In this document: piece by piece, positions 11,801-25,290 of the stretch
Layout of the letters: each line of letters begins with the position of its first letter
Position numbering within the stretch: the stretch's first letter is position 1
Source of the DNA: Gracilinanus agilis
Taxonomy: Eukaryota
Reading direction: 5' to 3'
Length of the DNA: 64,000 bases
NCBI RefSeq assembly: GCF_016433145.1
Contig: NC_058134.1
Coordinates: forward strand, 68,937,232-69,001,231
The notes under the pieces: generated by a model
What the model was told of the DNA's origin: nothing
What the model saw: only the letters and a program-made list of their open reading frames with translations
Database searches by the model: none
Made by a program: the position numbers and the translations under genes

Positions 11801-14063
11801 CTGGCCTGAGGAATGATTTTAGTAGAGTGGCAAAGACTTTAACAACTAGCATTTTGAAAACTAATTAAAACATTTCGTTTTTGGAAGATTGTGCATCTGA
11901 ATTAGCTATTGCAAGTTTCATAAAAACCTACTGGTGTGACAATATCCTGTAAACTATTGTATTGGATATAAATAATAGAAGATCCAGGTGTGAGGGGCCA
12001 AGTTAATACTTGCCTTACAGGCTTCTCAATAGCCTTAATAAATGAAATACACTTTCTGTCACCAAGTATCCGGTGGCCACTGATTAGTTTAACAACTCAA
12101 ATGGATCTGGATAATGCTGAGATATTGCTGGATTGAGATCTTAATATACTTTTTATATACTCATAGGCTTGAGGAAGGGATATACTATGGAGAATATTGT
12201 CAGGGTCCATCAGAGGAGTTTGAAGCATCCTCAACACTTCCCATCTTTCAATGCAAGGTATTTCCTTTATAGCTTGCTTAAACCCTTCCTACAAAAGAAA
12301 GACAAAAATGGATCCAGCTGCATGGGTTTTAGGTCTTGGTGGACGACAGTCTCTCATTTTACTGCATTGTTATCTCTCAGTTTTATACAAAAGTTTTTGA
12401 TGAATTCTGGATTTGCACTCAGAGGAACTGGGCTCAAATCCCAGTTTGCTTCTTTTGTGATCATAAGCAAGTGATTGAATCTCATTGAGCTCAGTTTCTT
12501 CATCTGTAAAACGGGGAAATCAGACTAAATCAGCTTTGTGGTTTCTTCCAAGCTCCACCTTTATATGCCCATGTGAAATGATAGACAAATACAAACATGG
12601 GAAGAAAATCTTAGACAATTATATAATGATGGGAGTGATCAGACATGCAGATCCACCTTCTGTCTCCAATCTCAGCCATCTAAAAGCGTTCACTCTTCCA
12701 ATTTCCGTGAACTATTAGAACCCAACAAGGTTTTAGGAATAAAGAGTTACTTTCAAGGGTTTCTTATCCTGATGACAGAAAAAGAATGCTGGCTACACAT
12801 ACATAGTGCTGATCAGCTCCAGAAGTCAGTTTTATAAGGGGAAATTTGACAAACTAACTGGGCTGGGAGGTCAAGCCTGGTCCCTGATACTCTCAGAAAG
12901 TGCTGGGGAGCTTCAGAGCACATAGACAGTGGGAAAGAGTGGGCAGCACTCAGGACTGCTTAAGGAATTCTCCTTCCCTGAACTACTAAGCCAAAATAGC
13001 AGCTGCTAGAGTAAGATCTGTGGTTTAAAGGAGCACAAGTTCATGAATCTCTGGTTATCTTGGGGAATAACAAAGTCTGAGAGCTTCCAGAGCTGCCTTT
13101 GACTTGTATGGAATTAATTTCAAGACCCCCAGTCCCAAGTAGGACAAGATGATACATATTGTACACAAAATCCATGCACACAGTCCTGACACCAAACAGT
13201 GGAAATAAAAAAAAATAATAATAATTGAAAAAATATGCCTGGGCTAGCAATGGGATAGATGAAGAAATGGTGCCGTCTTCCATATGTATGTTCCTTGGCT
13301 GCTAAAGGTGCTTTCATTGGCTTGGAAATCTCTACTAATCAGATCACTATTTTCTGCCATGCCATTTCATTAAAAATAAGCATAAAATTAATGGAATAAA
13401 ATCCAATAAACTAGCGTACTTCTAAAAGAACTTAACAAAAGACAGACCTTGTTGACCTAATCACATTCTACTGAGCTACTATGTTCCATTTTAAAAAGCT
13501 ACCAACAAATTCCTGGAGGTTAAGTTCTTTTTTCCATTCTTGGCAAGGGATACACAAGATTATCTTCATACCAATTTACTCTGAATCTTTCGAAGAGGAT
13601 TCTTCCTGGTTTTGTTCAAGGGGATATTGATATTCTTGGATCTATGAATTTGTTGAAGATAAAAATGAAAATATCTAGTTCCTTCCATTAAGAACAATAT
13701 TTTTTGGTGACAACTCCTCTCCCTTCCTTCTTTCCACTATCCCCGCCTAAGCTAAATTCCAGGAAATATTTAAAAACTAAGAACAACTGAAGAAGTTTTC
13801 ATTTTTGTAATTCTAACTTTAATATAATGGCAGCTTAAAATTTAGACCTAGAAATGCTTTTTTCTTCCTATTTTGAATTTTTTTTCAATTCCTTACTATT
13901 TTGAAATTTTGATCTTGCTAGATTGAAGAGACACTAACTATTCCCACATCTGATCTTTGTTCCCTCTTTCATTATCAGTTGCTATTTAGGTAATTACAAT
14001 TATATTTCCCTCTTAATCTCCTCATCAAATCAGTCACCAAATCTTATCAATATCACCTCCAAA

Positions 14064-14245
14064 GGGGGCAGCTGGGTAGCTCAGTGGATTGAAAGCCAAG
14101 CCTAGAGATGGGAGGTCCTGGGTTCAAATATGGCCTCAGACACTTCCCAGCTATGTGACCCTGGGCAAGTCACTTGACCCCCATTGCCTACCCTTACCAC
14201 TCTTCTGCCTTGGAGCCAAGATGGAAGGTAAGGGTTTAAAAAAAT
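14064..14245 (+). mobile_element. Young SINE1_Mdo-type SINE in an L2, with 14-bp TSD
   Basis: TSD atatcacctccaaa at 14050-14063 and 14246-14259; head gggggcagctgggtagctcagtgg. Confidence 0.92.
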
Positions 14246-14546
14246 ATATCACCTCCAAAGCATCTCTTCCACCATCGCCTTTTCTCCACTCCCATAACCT
14301 CTATCCTAAATTAGGTCCAGACCCTTTCTCATTTGGACAGTACAGTGTAGAATATTGGGATAAGGCCTGGATTTGTAGTCAGAGGACCTGGACCTGAGTT
14401 CAAACTTCAGCTCTTTTTACTTATCATGACCTTGCAAGTCATTTGACTTCTCTAAGCCTAACTTTCCTCTTCTATAAATGAGGGCGCATTAGATTAGATA
14501 ACTTCTGAGATCCCTTAGCTCAAAATTTATGATATGTATCACTATA

Positions 14547-14914
14547 NNNNNNNNNNNNNNNNNNNNNNNNNNNNNNNNNNNNNNNNNNNNNNNNNNNNNN
14601 NNNNNNNNNNNNNNNNNNNNNNNNNNNNNNNNNNNNNNNNNNNNNNNNNNNNNNNNNNNNNNNNNNNNNNNNNNNNNNNNNNNNNNNNNNNNNNNNNNNN
14701 NNNNNNNNNNNNNNNNNNNNNNNNNNNNNNNNNNNNNNNNNNNNNNNNNNNNNNNNNNNNNNNNNNNNNNNNNNNNNNNNNNNNNNNNNNNNNNNNNNNN
14801 NNNNNNNNNNNNNNNNNNNNNNNNNNNNNNNNNNNNNNNNNNNNNNNNNNNNNNNNNNNNNNNNNNNNNNNNNNNNNNNNNNNNNNNNNNNNNNNNNNNN
14901 NNNNNNNNNNNNNN
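14547..14914. other. Assembly gap (368 N)
   Basis: Run of N. Confidence 1.
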
Positions 14915-17339
14915 ATGTCATTCTACACTAGTAGAATATAAGCTCTTTTAGGGTAGGTATGATTTTTTTTAATTTTATTTTTTTTGTCTTGGAAAAGTAC
15001 TTAGCACAATATATGTGCTCAGTAAAAGGTTGTTGGGTTGAATTAAAATTTTATCAGCATGTGAAATCCTGGTGGTCAGGATCTATGCAAACTGGCATCT
15101 TTAAAAATAGAGTGTACTAAGATCTTCCATTTCACCTGCTCTAAGCCCCCATATCTCCAAATGTCTAGTGAGCATCTCCATTTGTATCTCAATGTCATTT
15201 TAAACTCAATTTGTTCAAGCCTGAATTGGTCTCTCCTCTCCCCATACATTAACCAGTTGCCCCTTCTGATTTGCTTGCTCTTTGATTCATATGATTACAG
15301 CTGCCACAATCTATAGCCTTAAGAGATATATTTTAAAAGAAAAATTCCCCAGAGTGGCCATGGGCAAATAATTTACACTATCTGAGCTTCAGTTTCCTCA
15401 TCTGTAAAATAAGGATTAAAATATTTGAACTGCTTCCCTCTCAGAGTTGTTCAGAAAGTATTTCACAAAACTTAAAGCACTATGAAAGTGTTAAAAGAAA
15501 AAAAGAAAAAAGTAAAAAATGACCATTAAATGTGGGCTGTGCGCTTTTAGAGAAAGATAACACGAATGCTGTGCTGGCATCCAGTGAAATGTTCAAAGAC
15601 CTGAGGCATATTTCTTACCAAATAATAGATAGGTTTTCTATCCCAGCTTTTGAGTAGGGCCATGAAAAGAATTGCACAAGAAAAGAGGACAGAGATCAAT
15701 TGTAATCTGCGCTGATGGAAAGGGAACTTACAACTACATAATTTCAAACACTCCAAGTATTAAGTTAATCAAAGTTGGGCATGATACTTTTTAGCTGCTG
15801 TTGTAAATTAAAGGGCTGGCATCTTTTTGTCCCAAATGAACTTTCTCAACCCACTAACAAAAATAGTATCTGTGGAGTTAGACTGAGTATTCCAGGGCCA
15901 GGTACAAGCAATCAGTCAAAAAACAGATAAAGGTAGTGCTAAATCTTTTCTGGAAAATGAATGCTTTGCCAAGTAAGACTCGGTTCCACTTGCTGAATTG
16001 CAAACTTTTCCTTCTTCTTCCTTTATTTTAAATTATGCTATGTGTTAGGACTCCATGTTCACATTAGAATTGCGCAAAACCTTGGCACCTATGAATGGAA
16101 TGATACTTGATTTGCCGAGTTTATATCATTAAAACTTGCAGCTTCTAGAATGGTCGAAATGTGCAGAGTGCACAGCATTATTTTAATAAATCTCATTTGA
16201 CTTGACATGAAGGCAAAAGGATAAAGCCAGGAGCCCCTTAAGAGTCCTATTATTAAGGGATATGCCAGGTTCCTGGCTTTTTCTCTGCCTTTGGATATTT
16301 TCCATCCCATACCTCTAGTTCTAAGCTACAACATTTGTAAATCTTTGTTAATGATGATGCTGCATTTTGGAGACCAGAACCCATGGTTAGCACTTTCCCA
16401 TTTTATCACCAATCTGCAAAGTTTTGAAAATGAATCAGCTTTATTTTACAAATACTCAGACATTCTTAAAGGCCTCCTCAGATCTTTCCATCATATATTC
16501 CACTGGTATTATTAACTCATCTTGTTGAAGCTGTCCTCATCTTCCCCTCTGATTTGTACAAATTGTTTACATTTTAATTCAATTAAGCTCGTTATCTGCT
16601 CCAACTTATGACAAATATACACAGTCCTTGCTATTATTCAATAAAAACTGCTAGCCTGCCCTTCAAAGCAATAAATGAGACTTGTCAGTGTTGTAAGTCT
16701 GTTTCCTGAATTGATATGTACAAAGCAATTTTTTAAGGTATTAGTTGCTGGGTACAGTTAGTTCCCAAACATTTAGTGCACTGAGTTTACATATGGGATT
16801 CTTTAAGTGGGTTCTAATGTTTCTATAATCTGGTAAAATGCTATTAATCTTTTGTAGCCACTTTTTAAAAAGTACTCTGTGTGCTGAAAACAGGTTTAAA
16901 ATTCAAACCAATTTTATGTGGAGTTATACACTATCATTACATGAGCATAATTAATTATCTTAATAAAAGGTTTGGTGGATCCTTGTAAGGAACACAGCAC
17001 TCTTAATTGTTTATGTTGCTAAAATTCAAACAAAAATAATTATTCATTGCTTATTTGTTCATGTTTTGCATTACCTGATAGAGTTAAGATTATATAGCAT
17101 CTTGTTAGATGCTTGGTAGTATTTAGGAGAAATTTGGGATGACCTTGGAATGATCTCTACAGTTCCAGCTGCTTACTTTAAACTCATACAATACCAGATG
17201 TGGAATTAGTGCGTCTGCATTCAAACGCTCTCCTGCAGATTTCGAGTGATGAAACAGACAGGACCATAATGACAGGCTGATTAGACAGGTTTGGCAGAAA
17301 GGGAATTCTGAAGCTATCCATGAATCATGTAGAGCTGCA

Positions 17340-17710
17340 TGAAATGCAGGCCACATCTTTACTAAAATCACAGACATATAAAAGCATCACTGACATGAAT
17401 ATTTTAGAAAAATTGGGGTTATTTTCAGGGGAAATCGTCATAGATTTTAATAGGGATGGGTTTATGTTACTGGCATCCTGCAACACACTAAGTTGACTAA
17501 AAGGATGCGTGCCCTTTTTAGCTTAAAAAGCATCCTTTCCTTCTTTAATTTGTGTGTTTTCATTTAGGCATTTGCCTTTTTCCCCCCTCTTTTCTTCTTC
17601 TTTTTAAAAAGGGATTGCTAATAAATGCCTCCCTATTTATGCTGCCTGGCCATGAAATCACATGTTCAGTGTCACATAAAATTTAGTACCTAGTAAAATC
17701 TGTTCAGACT
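17340..17710 (-). other. ODAD2: ODAD2 3'UTR (approximate end)
   Basis: Unique sequence after the TGA. Blocks such as 'ctaaatgaaaacacacaaatt' and 'tcagtgatgctttt...gattttagtaaagatgtggcc' resemble the human ARMC4 3'UTR as recalled; needs alignment to confirm. Confidence 0.65.
17358..17363 (-). terminator. Candidate polyadenylation signal AGTAAA for ODAD2 (ATTAAA alternatives at 17446-17451 and ~17545-17550)
   Basis: Plus-strand tttact = AGTAAA on minus. No AATAAA on the minus strand within ~400 nt of the stop. Confidence 0.45.
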
Positions 17711-17824
17711 TCAACTATATTTTGCCTTCTCTGTTGCTAGAGCCAGCCTACGGATGTTTGCAATACAACCAGCTGCAGCTTCTTGCAGGACTTCATCAGG
17801 AGAGCCAACCATATCCAGTAAAAG
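17711..17824 (-). CDS. ODAD2: Last coding exon of ODAD2 (ARMC4), outer dynein arm docking complex subunit 2; 37 aa + stop
   Basis: Reverse strand after ...ctttttgccctAG reads CTT TTA CTG GAT ATG ... TAT AGT TGA = [37 protein letters not shown]. This matches the human ARMC4 C-terminus as I recall it ([37 protein letters not shown]). Phase-0 acceptor, 114 nt. Confidence 0.95.
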   Translation of the reverse strand, partial: LLLDMVGSPDEVLQEAAAGCIANIRRLALATEKAKYS

Positions 17825-17880
17825 CTAGGGCAAAAAGAAAGGGCAGGGAGGAGAGAGAGAGAGAGAGAGAGAAAAGAGAC
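17825..17880 (-). promoter_or_regulatory. Splice acceptor and polypyrimidine tract of the ODAD2 last intron, containing a (CT)n microsatellite
   Basis: Minus strand gtctcttttc(tc)n ctccctgccctttctttttgccctAG, directly abutting the coding exon. Confidence 0.85.
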
Positions 17881-18199
17881 AAAGATTAATCTCAAAGCTA
17901 AGCATAATGAAATCATGTGACTGAAACAATTTCAAATCATCAATGTCTAAAAAGAAGATCATGGGCAAGGATTAGAGGATGGTTTTAGGCAATACCGTAA
18001 GTGAAAGTAGACCTGATAATGATGATATGAAGGGTCTGGGGACATAAATGACCTTCTATTATTAAAAGCTATTTCCACGTTTCTGGTTTTTTTCCTTTTG
18101 CCTTTGGATATTTCCCATTTCATTCATTAGGTAAATTCAAGTCCTAATGATTTTGCTTCTCCAATATCTTTCTCATTCCTCCCTCCCCATTCTGATTGC

Positions 18200-20235
18200 C
18201 ACCTCTATTTCGACATCTTATTAACTCTTCTTTTTTCCCACTTATTCATGTTTACTGTGTGCTCTTCCTAACCCTTTCCCCCATTACAAATAGATAAAGT
18301 CCATCAAGACAAATCTCCACATTGGTCATATAAAAAAATCTTCACCTTTCTGTTATGAGGTGGGCAGCATGTTTCATTAGTCCTCTAGAATTATCCCTGG
18401 CCATTACACTGATAAGAATTCAGCCCCAAAGTATTCTATCACATTTTTATACCATAACTTGTTGATCTCTCCTCCCTTTTTATGGACATCCTCTCAAATT
18501 CCCATACTTTGTTACTTCAGAGGCATAAATATTTTTTGCATATCCTTAGAGTTTTTTTTAGAATAAATCCTTCTCTTGATCTACCCTCCCTCTAATCCCC
18601 CCTCTTTGCTGGTACCCTTTTCATCCTGTTTCTTGAAATGTTTTTGTACCCAACTCCGCATGTATGTTATTCCTTCCTTTGCCCGATTCAGATGAGAATG
18701 AGGTTAATATGTCAGCTGCTTCCCTCCACATCCTTACTTCTTTTTTATATAGATGTCTTTTCTGCACCCTGATTATATGACAATTTCCCTAAATCCTCTT
18801 TTTCCTTCCCTCAAGCCTGTGAATTATTCTTCCCCTCTTACCCCCATTCTTTTCTTCAATCACCAAGACATAACAAAACTATTCTCAGGCCCTTTCTAAT
18901 TAGACTCCCTTTATGACTCCTGATGATAAGAAGAGTTCAGAGAAGATACCTGTATCATCTCCTCATGTTAGAACGTAAGCAGTTTAACTTCATCACATTA
19001 TTCATTCACATTTACCTTTTGATGCTTCTGTTCACTCCTGTGTTTGACCTTTAAAGTTTCTCTGCATCTCTAGCCTTTTCATTAGGAATATTTGGAAGTC
19101 ATCTATTTCATTTAATATCTATTTTTCCTCTGTGGCATTATATTCATATTTTCTGGGTAAATTATTCTTGACTATAATCTCTTAAAAGTTAATTCCTCAA
19201 TCTTCTTTCCATAGCACTCATTTCTTTTCCATTTTTTCCTCAAATACTTACAATTTAATTTATAAATGTTAAAACTTTTACAACTCTGGCTTTATCTCTT
19301 TAAGAATTCTAGTTAGGTTTGTGTCCAAGCTGTGTGTTCCTTTGAAGCATTGCTTGTAGATGTTTTAGAGTCTATCTTTTGTTTTTCATCTTGAGTGTCC
19401 CTGCCACTATAAAAGCTTTTATTGTGGTGTAATTCTTTTCTTGTTTTTTTTCATTCTTCAAGCCTTCTTCCTGACTTTGATCTAGATGTCCTAGGTTCTA
19501 TGGTATTTCTGGAAGGAATGCCTGAGGTAGTCTTGTTGCTGCACAAAGTGTTGTTATTTTAGGGTCTCAGGGAAGGGTCAGGATCCTATAAGCTTTAAAG
19601 GTCTCTCAAAATGTCTGATTAGAGCAGAGTCTGGTTTCTGCCTTCCTATCAGAGATCTATAAGTTCCTGGCCAGGGTTTAAAACACATTGCTGATGGACT
19701 CAGACCCTATCATCTACCTGGGAAGCTCTGTTAGTTCAGAGTATCAGAATTATAGGTTCCCCTTTGGTGTGGGATTCCTGCCTTGTTTATTCCTTTGCAA
19801 GCTGAGCTAGATGCTAAAAGTGAGAACATATTCTGTACTTGAAGAATGAGCCACATCTCTGAAGATGCTTTTGCTTCTAAGCATTCTCCTCTCTACATAC
19901 ATAGCCCAGGACTCCCTACTGTAAACATCACTCCTCTGAGCGGTCCCTTTCTCAGTCTACCCTGGATCTATGTCTCAAACCTGGATAATGGGTAACAAAG
20001 CCATCAGTTCACCCCTCTCTCCATCTCAGCAACCCAGTATAGGTCTAGTAGTGCCCTATGTGAATCTAGGACCTTCTCTTGTCCTGGTACAGTGTTTTCC
20101 TGGGCACTGGAGTGTTCCACATGGGTCATACTCCTAACTGATCTCATCCCCAGTGTCCACCTACCTCTCCATCTTCCTGTGCTGAACTGGGCTAAACAAG
20201 TGATTCACAATAGCTTCTGACTTCCTCTGTCAGGA
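18200..20235 (-). mobile_element. Old L1 or HAL1-like element (5'UTR, ORF1-like region and L1-type 3' end within ~2 kb)
   Basis: L1-type 3' end at ~18200-18540, degenerate ORF1-like sequence, then a GC-richer 5'UTR-like part at 19450-20235. No room for ORF2. Confidence 0.5.
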
Positions 20236-22569
20236 TTGAATATGGCATATTTTCTAGGTCTTTTTGGAAGTGAATATGGAGAGGAGCTCACTATACAGTC
20301 TCTTGACCTTATTAACAACCTCCTCCATTTCCAACTCCCTCACCACAGCATCACTTCTGGATTGCTATTCCTTAAGGCAGAACACATCAAAGTGGCAAAG
20401 TTAGGACTTGAGTCTCAATTCTTTGGCCCTAAGTTTAGTTCTCTTCCTATTGTACCATGATCTAGCACAACTTTATGGAGTTATTTTACATTATTCATCT
20501 TCCTTTTTTTGGAGGAAGTTGGCAGCATATTCCCATCAGAAGAGGGCAGTGGTGGCAAAGAAGACTATCTCACTATAGGTAGAGTTGCCCTAACAGGAAC
20601 CTACCTGTGCCCCTATGAGGGGTGGGGTAGGAAAGGAGGTTTACCTGGAGAGGAACACCATAGATAAGAAAAATGGATAAGACTGGGTGAAAGAACAGGA
20701 TACCAATCCATTGTGTAGGCTGTTCAAACACCATGAAGTGAGCTGAGATACATATCTAGCAATCTCTAGACTGTCAGAGGAAAGGAAACATGACTCTGTT
20801 CCAGGAGAAGAAGGGTGACACCACCAGAAGCCAACAGCCTGGGACACAGCCTCAGAAACTTTGCTTTAGTTATGGATATGGATGCTTAGTATATGTTTAT
20901 TGATTGTATTTACGCCCATCTAACCCCACGATTAGAGAGCTAATGAAATCCATTTTCTAGAATTCTGGCTCATAAAAAGTCCCAGCTCTACTTGTCTAGG
21001 CATTTGCATGGTATTAGTTTATGTTTGTTTGTGTTTTAACTAAAATTTTATTTACTGAAGAGGGGATAAAATAGAAGTTGCAGTTGCCACCATATTAATT
21101 AGTAATACACAGCAATGTATTCATTTAAAAATACACTTCATATAAAACAGGACATTACCAACAATTCTGTTACTATCCACTAATGTCAAAATGAAAAATG
21201 ATGTTACTAACTCCTTAATTTAAGTATAAATATATATACATATTTGTAAAATAATGTTAGCTAATATTTAACAACTAGTTTTGCAAAGTGCTTTACACAT
21301 GTTATATCTCATTTGATTTTTATCTTTATACTTATGTGAGGTAGGTTACTTTACTTTACAGATGAAAGAACTAAGACTACACCAAGTTAACTTGTATGAG
21401 GCAAGATTTGAATTTGGGTCTTCCCTGTCTCAAAGTTCACTGCCATACCTAGTTACTCAAAACACCTTTACGAAGTATTATATATGCATACATATAATAC
21501 TTTGTTAATTATATATAATACATATATGTACATATTCATTACTTGATCCTCACATCAACTCTGTGAGAATATTATGTTATAATCCCCACTTTATAGATGA
21601 ATAAACCGAGTCTCAAAAAAAGATTTAATGATTTGCTCATGATCACACAACTCCTAAGTGTCAGTGTCAGAATTTGAACTCAGATCTTGCCTGACTCTAG
21701 GCTCAAAGCCTTTTTCATTATGCTTTCCTGCCTCCACAGTAGAATATCACTTTGTTAGGACAACTATGGTTATACTTATTTCCATTTGATTTTATGAAGT
21801 GAGTCTTGTTTAGAGAAAAGATTAGTCATCTTAGCTTTGGAATGCTAGTCACAATGTTAATAGAAAACAAATAACTAAGTATGTGTTTAAAATTTCTGAT
21901 ATCATTAAGCAATAGAAAAAGGATCATTATCTGACTTGGAGTGAAGCTCAGAGGAATAAGAGCTTTCATTATCTGGAATTATTTTAAGATTCAGCTGAAA
22001 GATGTTGCATATCCCAAAATCGTATAAGACATAGCTTTTTGGGTCAAGCCATTCAACCCAATTTCAATTTTGTGACACCAAGGGATTTTTACAGATGGGA
22101 ACTCTATGGCATTAAACCCAAATGGTTAAGATCCATCCCTTTTGCCCCTCACTTCTCTCAGTCACCCAATATAATCTATTCTAATTCATCTGCAACTTTA
22201 TATGATTCCTTTAATCTGTTTATATTTATAAGCATGAAACATCTCTGGTGAATAATGAGTTCTGTATTCTTATTACCCATTACATAAAATGATACCTCCT
22301 CCCTCCTTTTGTATGTCCCCAAACTACCTTTTTCAAGTTTTAAGAGATGTTCCATAATCTCAGTATTTGGAGATGAACAAGTCTGTGCCTACTTTATCAA
22401 CAAGCTTCACAATTATATAAATTATGTTTCTTCTCAGCCTAAATCTTTCTAAATAGCAGTTAAGAGCATAGTTGACTAGGAAAGTTGAGATGTCACTGTT
22501 AGAGGTCAGCAAATCAAAAAGACAGGAGTCAGGTAAAATAAATGATGAATTTAGTTTTAGACATAATGC

Positions 22570-23450
22570 TCGTTTTTAAAAATTAATTTTTATTTTGAAA
22601 TTATTTTCCATGTTTACATGATTCATTTTCTTGCCCTTCCCCCTCCCAGAGCTGACAAGCAATTCCACTGGGTTGAACAACTGTTATCACTTGATACTCA
22701 CTTCCATATTATTCATTTTTGGCAAAGAGCAATCTCTTACAGCCTAAACCCCAACTCACACACCCACATAAACATATGATAAGTTATGTCATATGTTTTG
22801 CTTTTGCATTTCCACTCCCATAATTCTTTCTCTCAGTGTGGATAGCATTCTTCCCCATAAGTCCTTCAGGAATGTCCTGGCTCGTTGCATTGCTACTAGT
22901 AGCAAAGTCCATTACATTGGATTGTTCCATAATGTTTTACTTTCTGTGAACAGTGTTCTCCTGGTTCTGCTCATTTCACTCTGCATCAGTTCACTGACGT
23001 TCTCCCAGTTCACATAGAAACCCTCCAGATCATCGATCCTTTACAGCACAATAGTATTCCATCACCATCATATACCACAATTTTTTTAGTCATTCCTCAG
23101 TTAAGGGATACCCTCTCATTCCCCAATTTTTTGCCACCACAAAGAGCACAGCTATGAATATTTTTGTACAAGTATTTTTCCTTATTATCTCTTTAGCGTA
23201 CAAACCTACTAGTAGTGGTATGGCTGGATCAAAGTGCAGGCATTCTTTTAAAGCCCTTTGGGCATAGTTCCAAATTACCTTCCAGAATGGCTGGATTAAT
23301 TCACAACTCCATCAATGCATTAGTGTCCCAATTTTGCCACAACTCCTCCAACATTCATTATTTCCCTTTACCGTCATATTGACCAATCTGCTAGGTGTGA
23401 GGTGGTACCTCAGCATTGTTTTGATTTGCATTTCTCTAATTATGAGAGAT
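22570..23450 (-). mobile_element. L1 3' end (ORF2 C-terminus + 3'UTR)
   Basis: Poly-T tail; ccaaattaccttccagaatgg...ggtgtgaggtggtacctcagcattgttttgatttgcatttctct reversed L1 signature. Confidence 0.88.
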
Positions 23451-23479
23451 TATAATACTCATTTTTTAGAAATTATGAA

Positions 23480-23645
23480 CTTAAGAAAAACACCTTACAT
23501 TCTGTCTTAGAATTAAGACTAAGTATCCATTCTAAGTCAGCAGAGCAGTAAGGATTAGGAAGTGTCTGAGTCCAGATTTGAACCTGGGACCTCCCGATTC
23601 CAGATCTGACACTCTGTCCACTGTGCCACCTAGGTGCTCCATGAG
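23480..23645 (-). mobile_element. Older marsupial SINE1-like copy
   Basis: aagtgtctgagtccagatttgaacctgggacctccc...ccactgtgccacctagg. Confidence 0.7.
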
Positions 23646-24375
23646 CTTAGTTTTAAAGGGATGCCGTTGGAATGGATCAAATGGTGTTCAGGAGATAATA
23701 GAGAACTGGGGATGGGAATGGAGGTTTAGGTGTTGTTAGCACCAAGTGATTATGAAAGCTGTTGGAGTCATAGGACATACATACGATCTGAAGCAAAAAG
23801 GGATTTTTGATATCATTTATTCCATCCCACTTATTTCCAGTGAGGAAGCTAAAGCCTAGAGAGGTTAAATAAGTCAAGTTACACAAAAAAGATAGGATTC
23901 AAATCTATATCCTCTCATTCTAAATCCACCATATTTTCTATCACAACATGCCCCCCTCAAAAGAACTGCAATGATCAAGGGTGGTATTAAAACCTATCAA
24001 TCAATTGGGCTCTATTGATTAAAAATAAGCATTTATTAAGCATCTACTATGTACAAGCCTATGTGGAAAGCTTCTATTAGTCTAATGCCCTTTGATAAGA
24101 TCACTAGAGAAGAGTATTCAGGAAAAGGGAAAGAAGCCCAAGGATCTTAGGAAATATCTCCCTTAATGGGTGAAAAGAGGAGGAACAAAGAAGACAGATA
24201 TTGTGGTGTCTTGTCATTTGCCTGTACACTATTAGAATGCATTTCAAACACTTGGCACTTAATAGATGTAAGTCAGTGTGAGTAAAATGCTTTGTAAACC
24301 TAAAGTGTCAACTATTATTATTATTTTGTTCTTACCTTTTAATGGAATTTAAAATGATCCTAAGACAAATCAATA

Positions 24376-24376
<1 letters not shown>

Positions 24377-24430
<54 letters not shown>
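24377..24430. repeat. (TTA)n microsatellite, tail of the adjacent minus-strand SINE (24431-24605)
   Basis: Direct reading; followed by ggttctaaggcagaagagc...atttgaacccagg. Confidence 0.92.
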
Positions 24431-24431
<1 letters not shown>

Positions 24432-25011
24432 CCTTATCTTCTGGTTCTATTGGTTCTAAGGCAGAAGAGCAGGAAGAGCTAGGCAATGGGGGTTAAGGGA
24501 CTAGCTAAGATCCTGCAGCTAGGACATATCTGAGGCAAGATTTGAACCCAGGTCTTCCCATCTCCAGACCTGGCTTTCTATCAACTGAGTCACTTACTTG
24601 CTTCCTCTGCTATTATATTGCATTTAATGGTCAAGGAACTGCTGAACAGCAGATGAAACAACTGCTTTTTAGAACTAAAGAAAAATATTAGGACATAAGC
24701 TCATCTCTTCTAGGCTTCCTGAAAGCAAGCTTGGTACAGCTCCAAAATAAGACAGGATGACCTCATCCCGTTGCTATATGATTTTGATTTCATCCACAAT
24801 ATCTGTATTTTGAAAGTTTTTCCTTCCATATTGTTTGGAGATGATTAGTATTTCATATGGTGATATATACTAAAATGTTCTTAGCTTATTATGGATCATT
24901 GTTCTATCTGGATGAAGGTGAGCACCAGTTTGGTATGTGATCATGTTCTGGTTTCAGTATTTAATTGGTTGAGTAATTAAGGATATTTTGAGGTCTTTAT
25001 TTGTAAAAAGT

Positions 25012-25290
25012 GGGCCAGCTAGGCAGAATGGATGGAATGCCAGGCGTGGAGTCAGGAAGACTCCTCTTTCTGAGTTCAAGTCCAGCCTCAGACACTTACT
25101 GGCTGTATGACCCTGGGAAAGTCACTGACTCTTTGTTTGCCTCAGTTTCCTCATTTGTAAAATAAGGATAATAACAGCACCTACCTTCCAGGATTGTTGT
25201 GATGTTCATGTGAGATAATAATTATAAAGCACTTAGCAGAGTGCCTGGCACGAAGTAAGTGCTATAAAAATATTGCCTACTATTATTTTT
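25012..25290 (+). mobile_element. MIR-family SINE, near full length
   Basis: ggagtcaggaagactcctctttctgagttcaagtccagcctcagacacttact...tgtaaaataaggataataacagcacc. Confidence 0.85.

Noticed and set aside
14064-14130. tRNA-like A/B boxes at SINE heads
   Set aside because: They belong to tRNA-derived SINEs; no cloverleaf tRNA gene.
14520-14951. ORFs spanning N gaps (also 62319-63029)
   Set aside because: Created by undefined bases.
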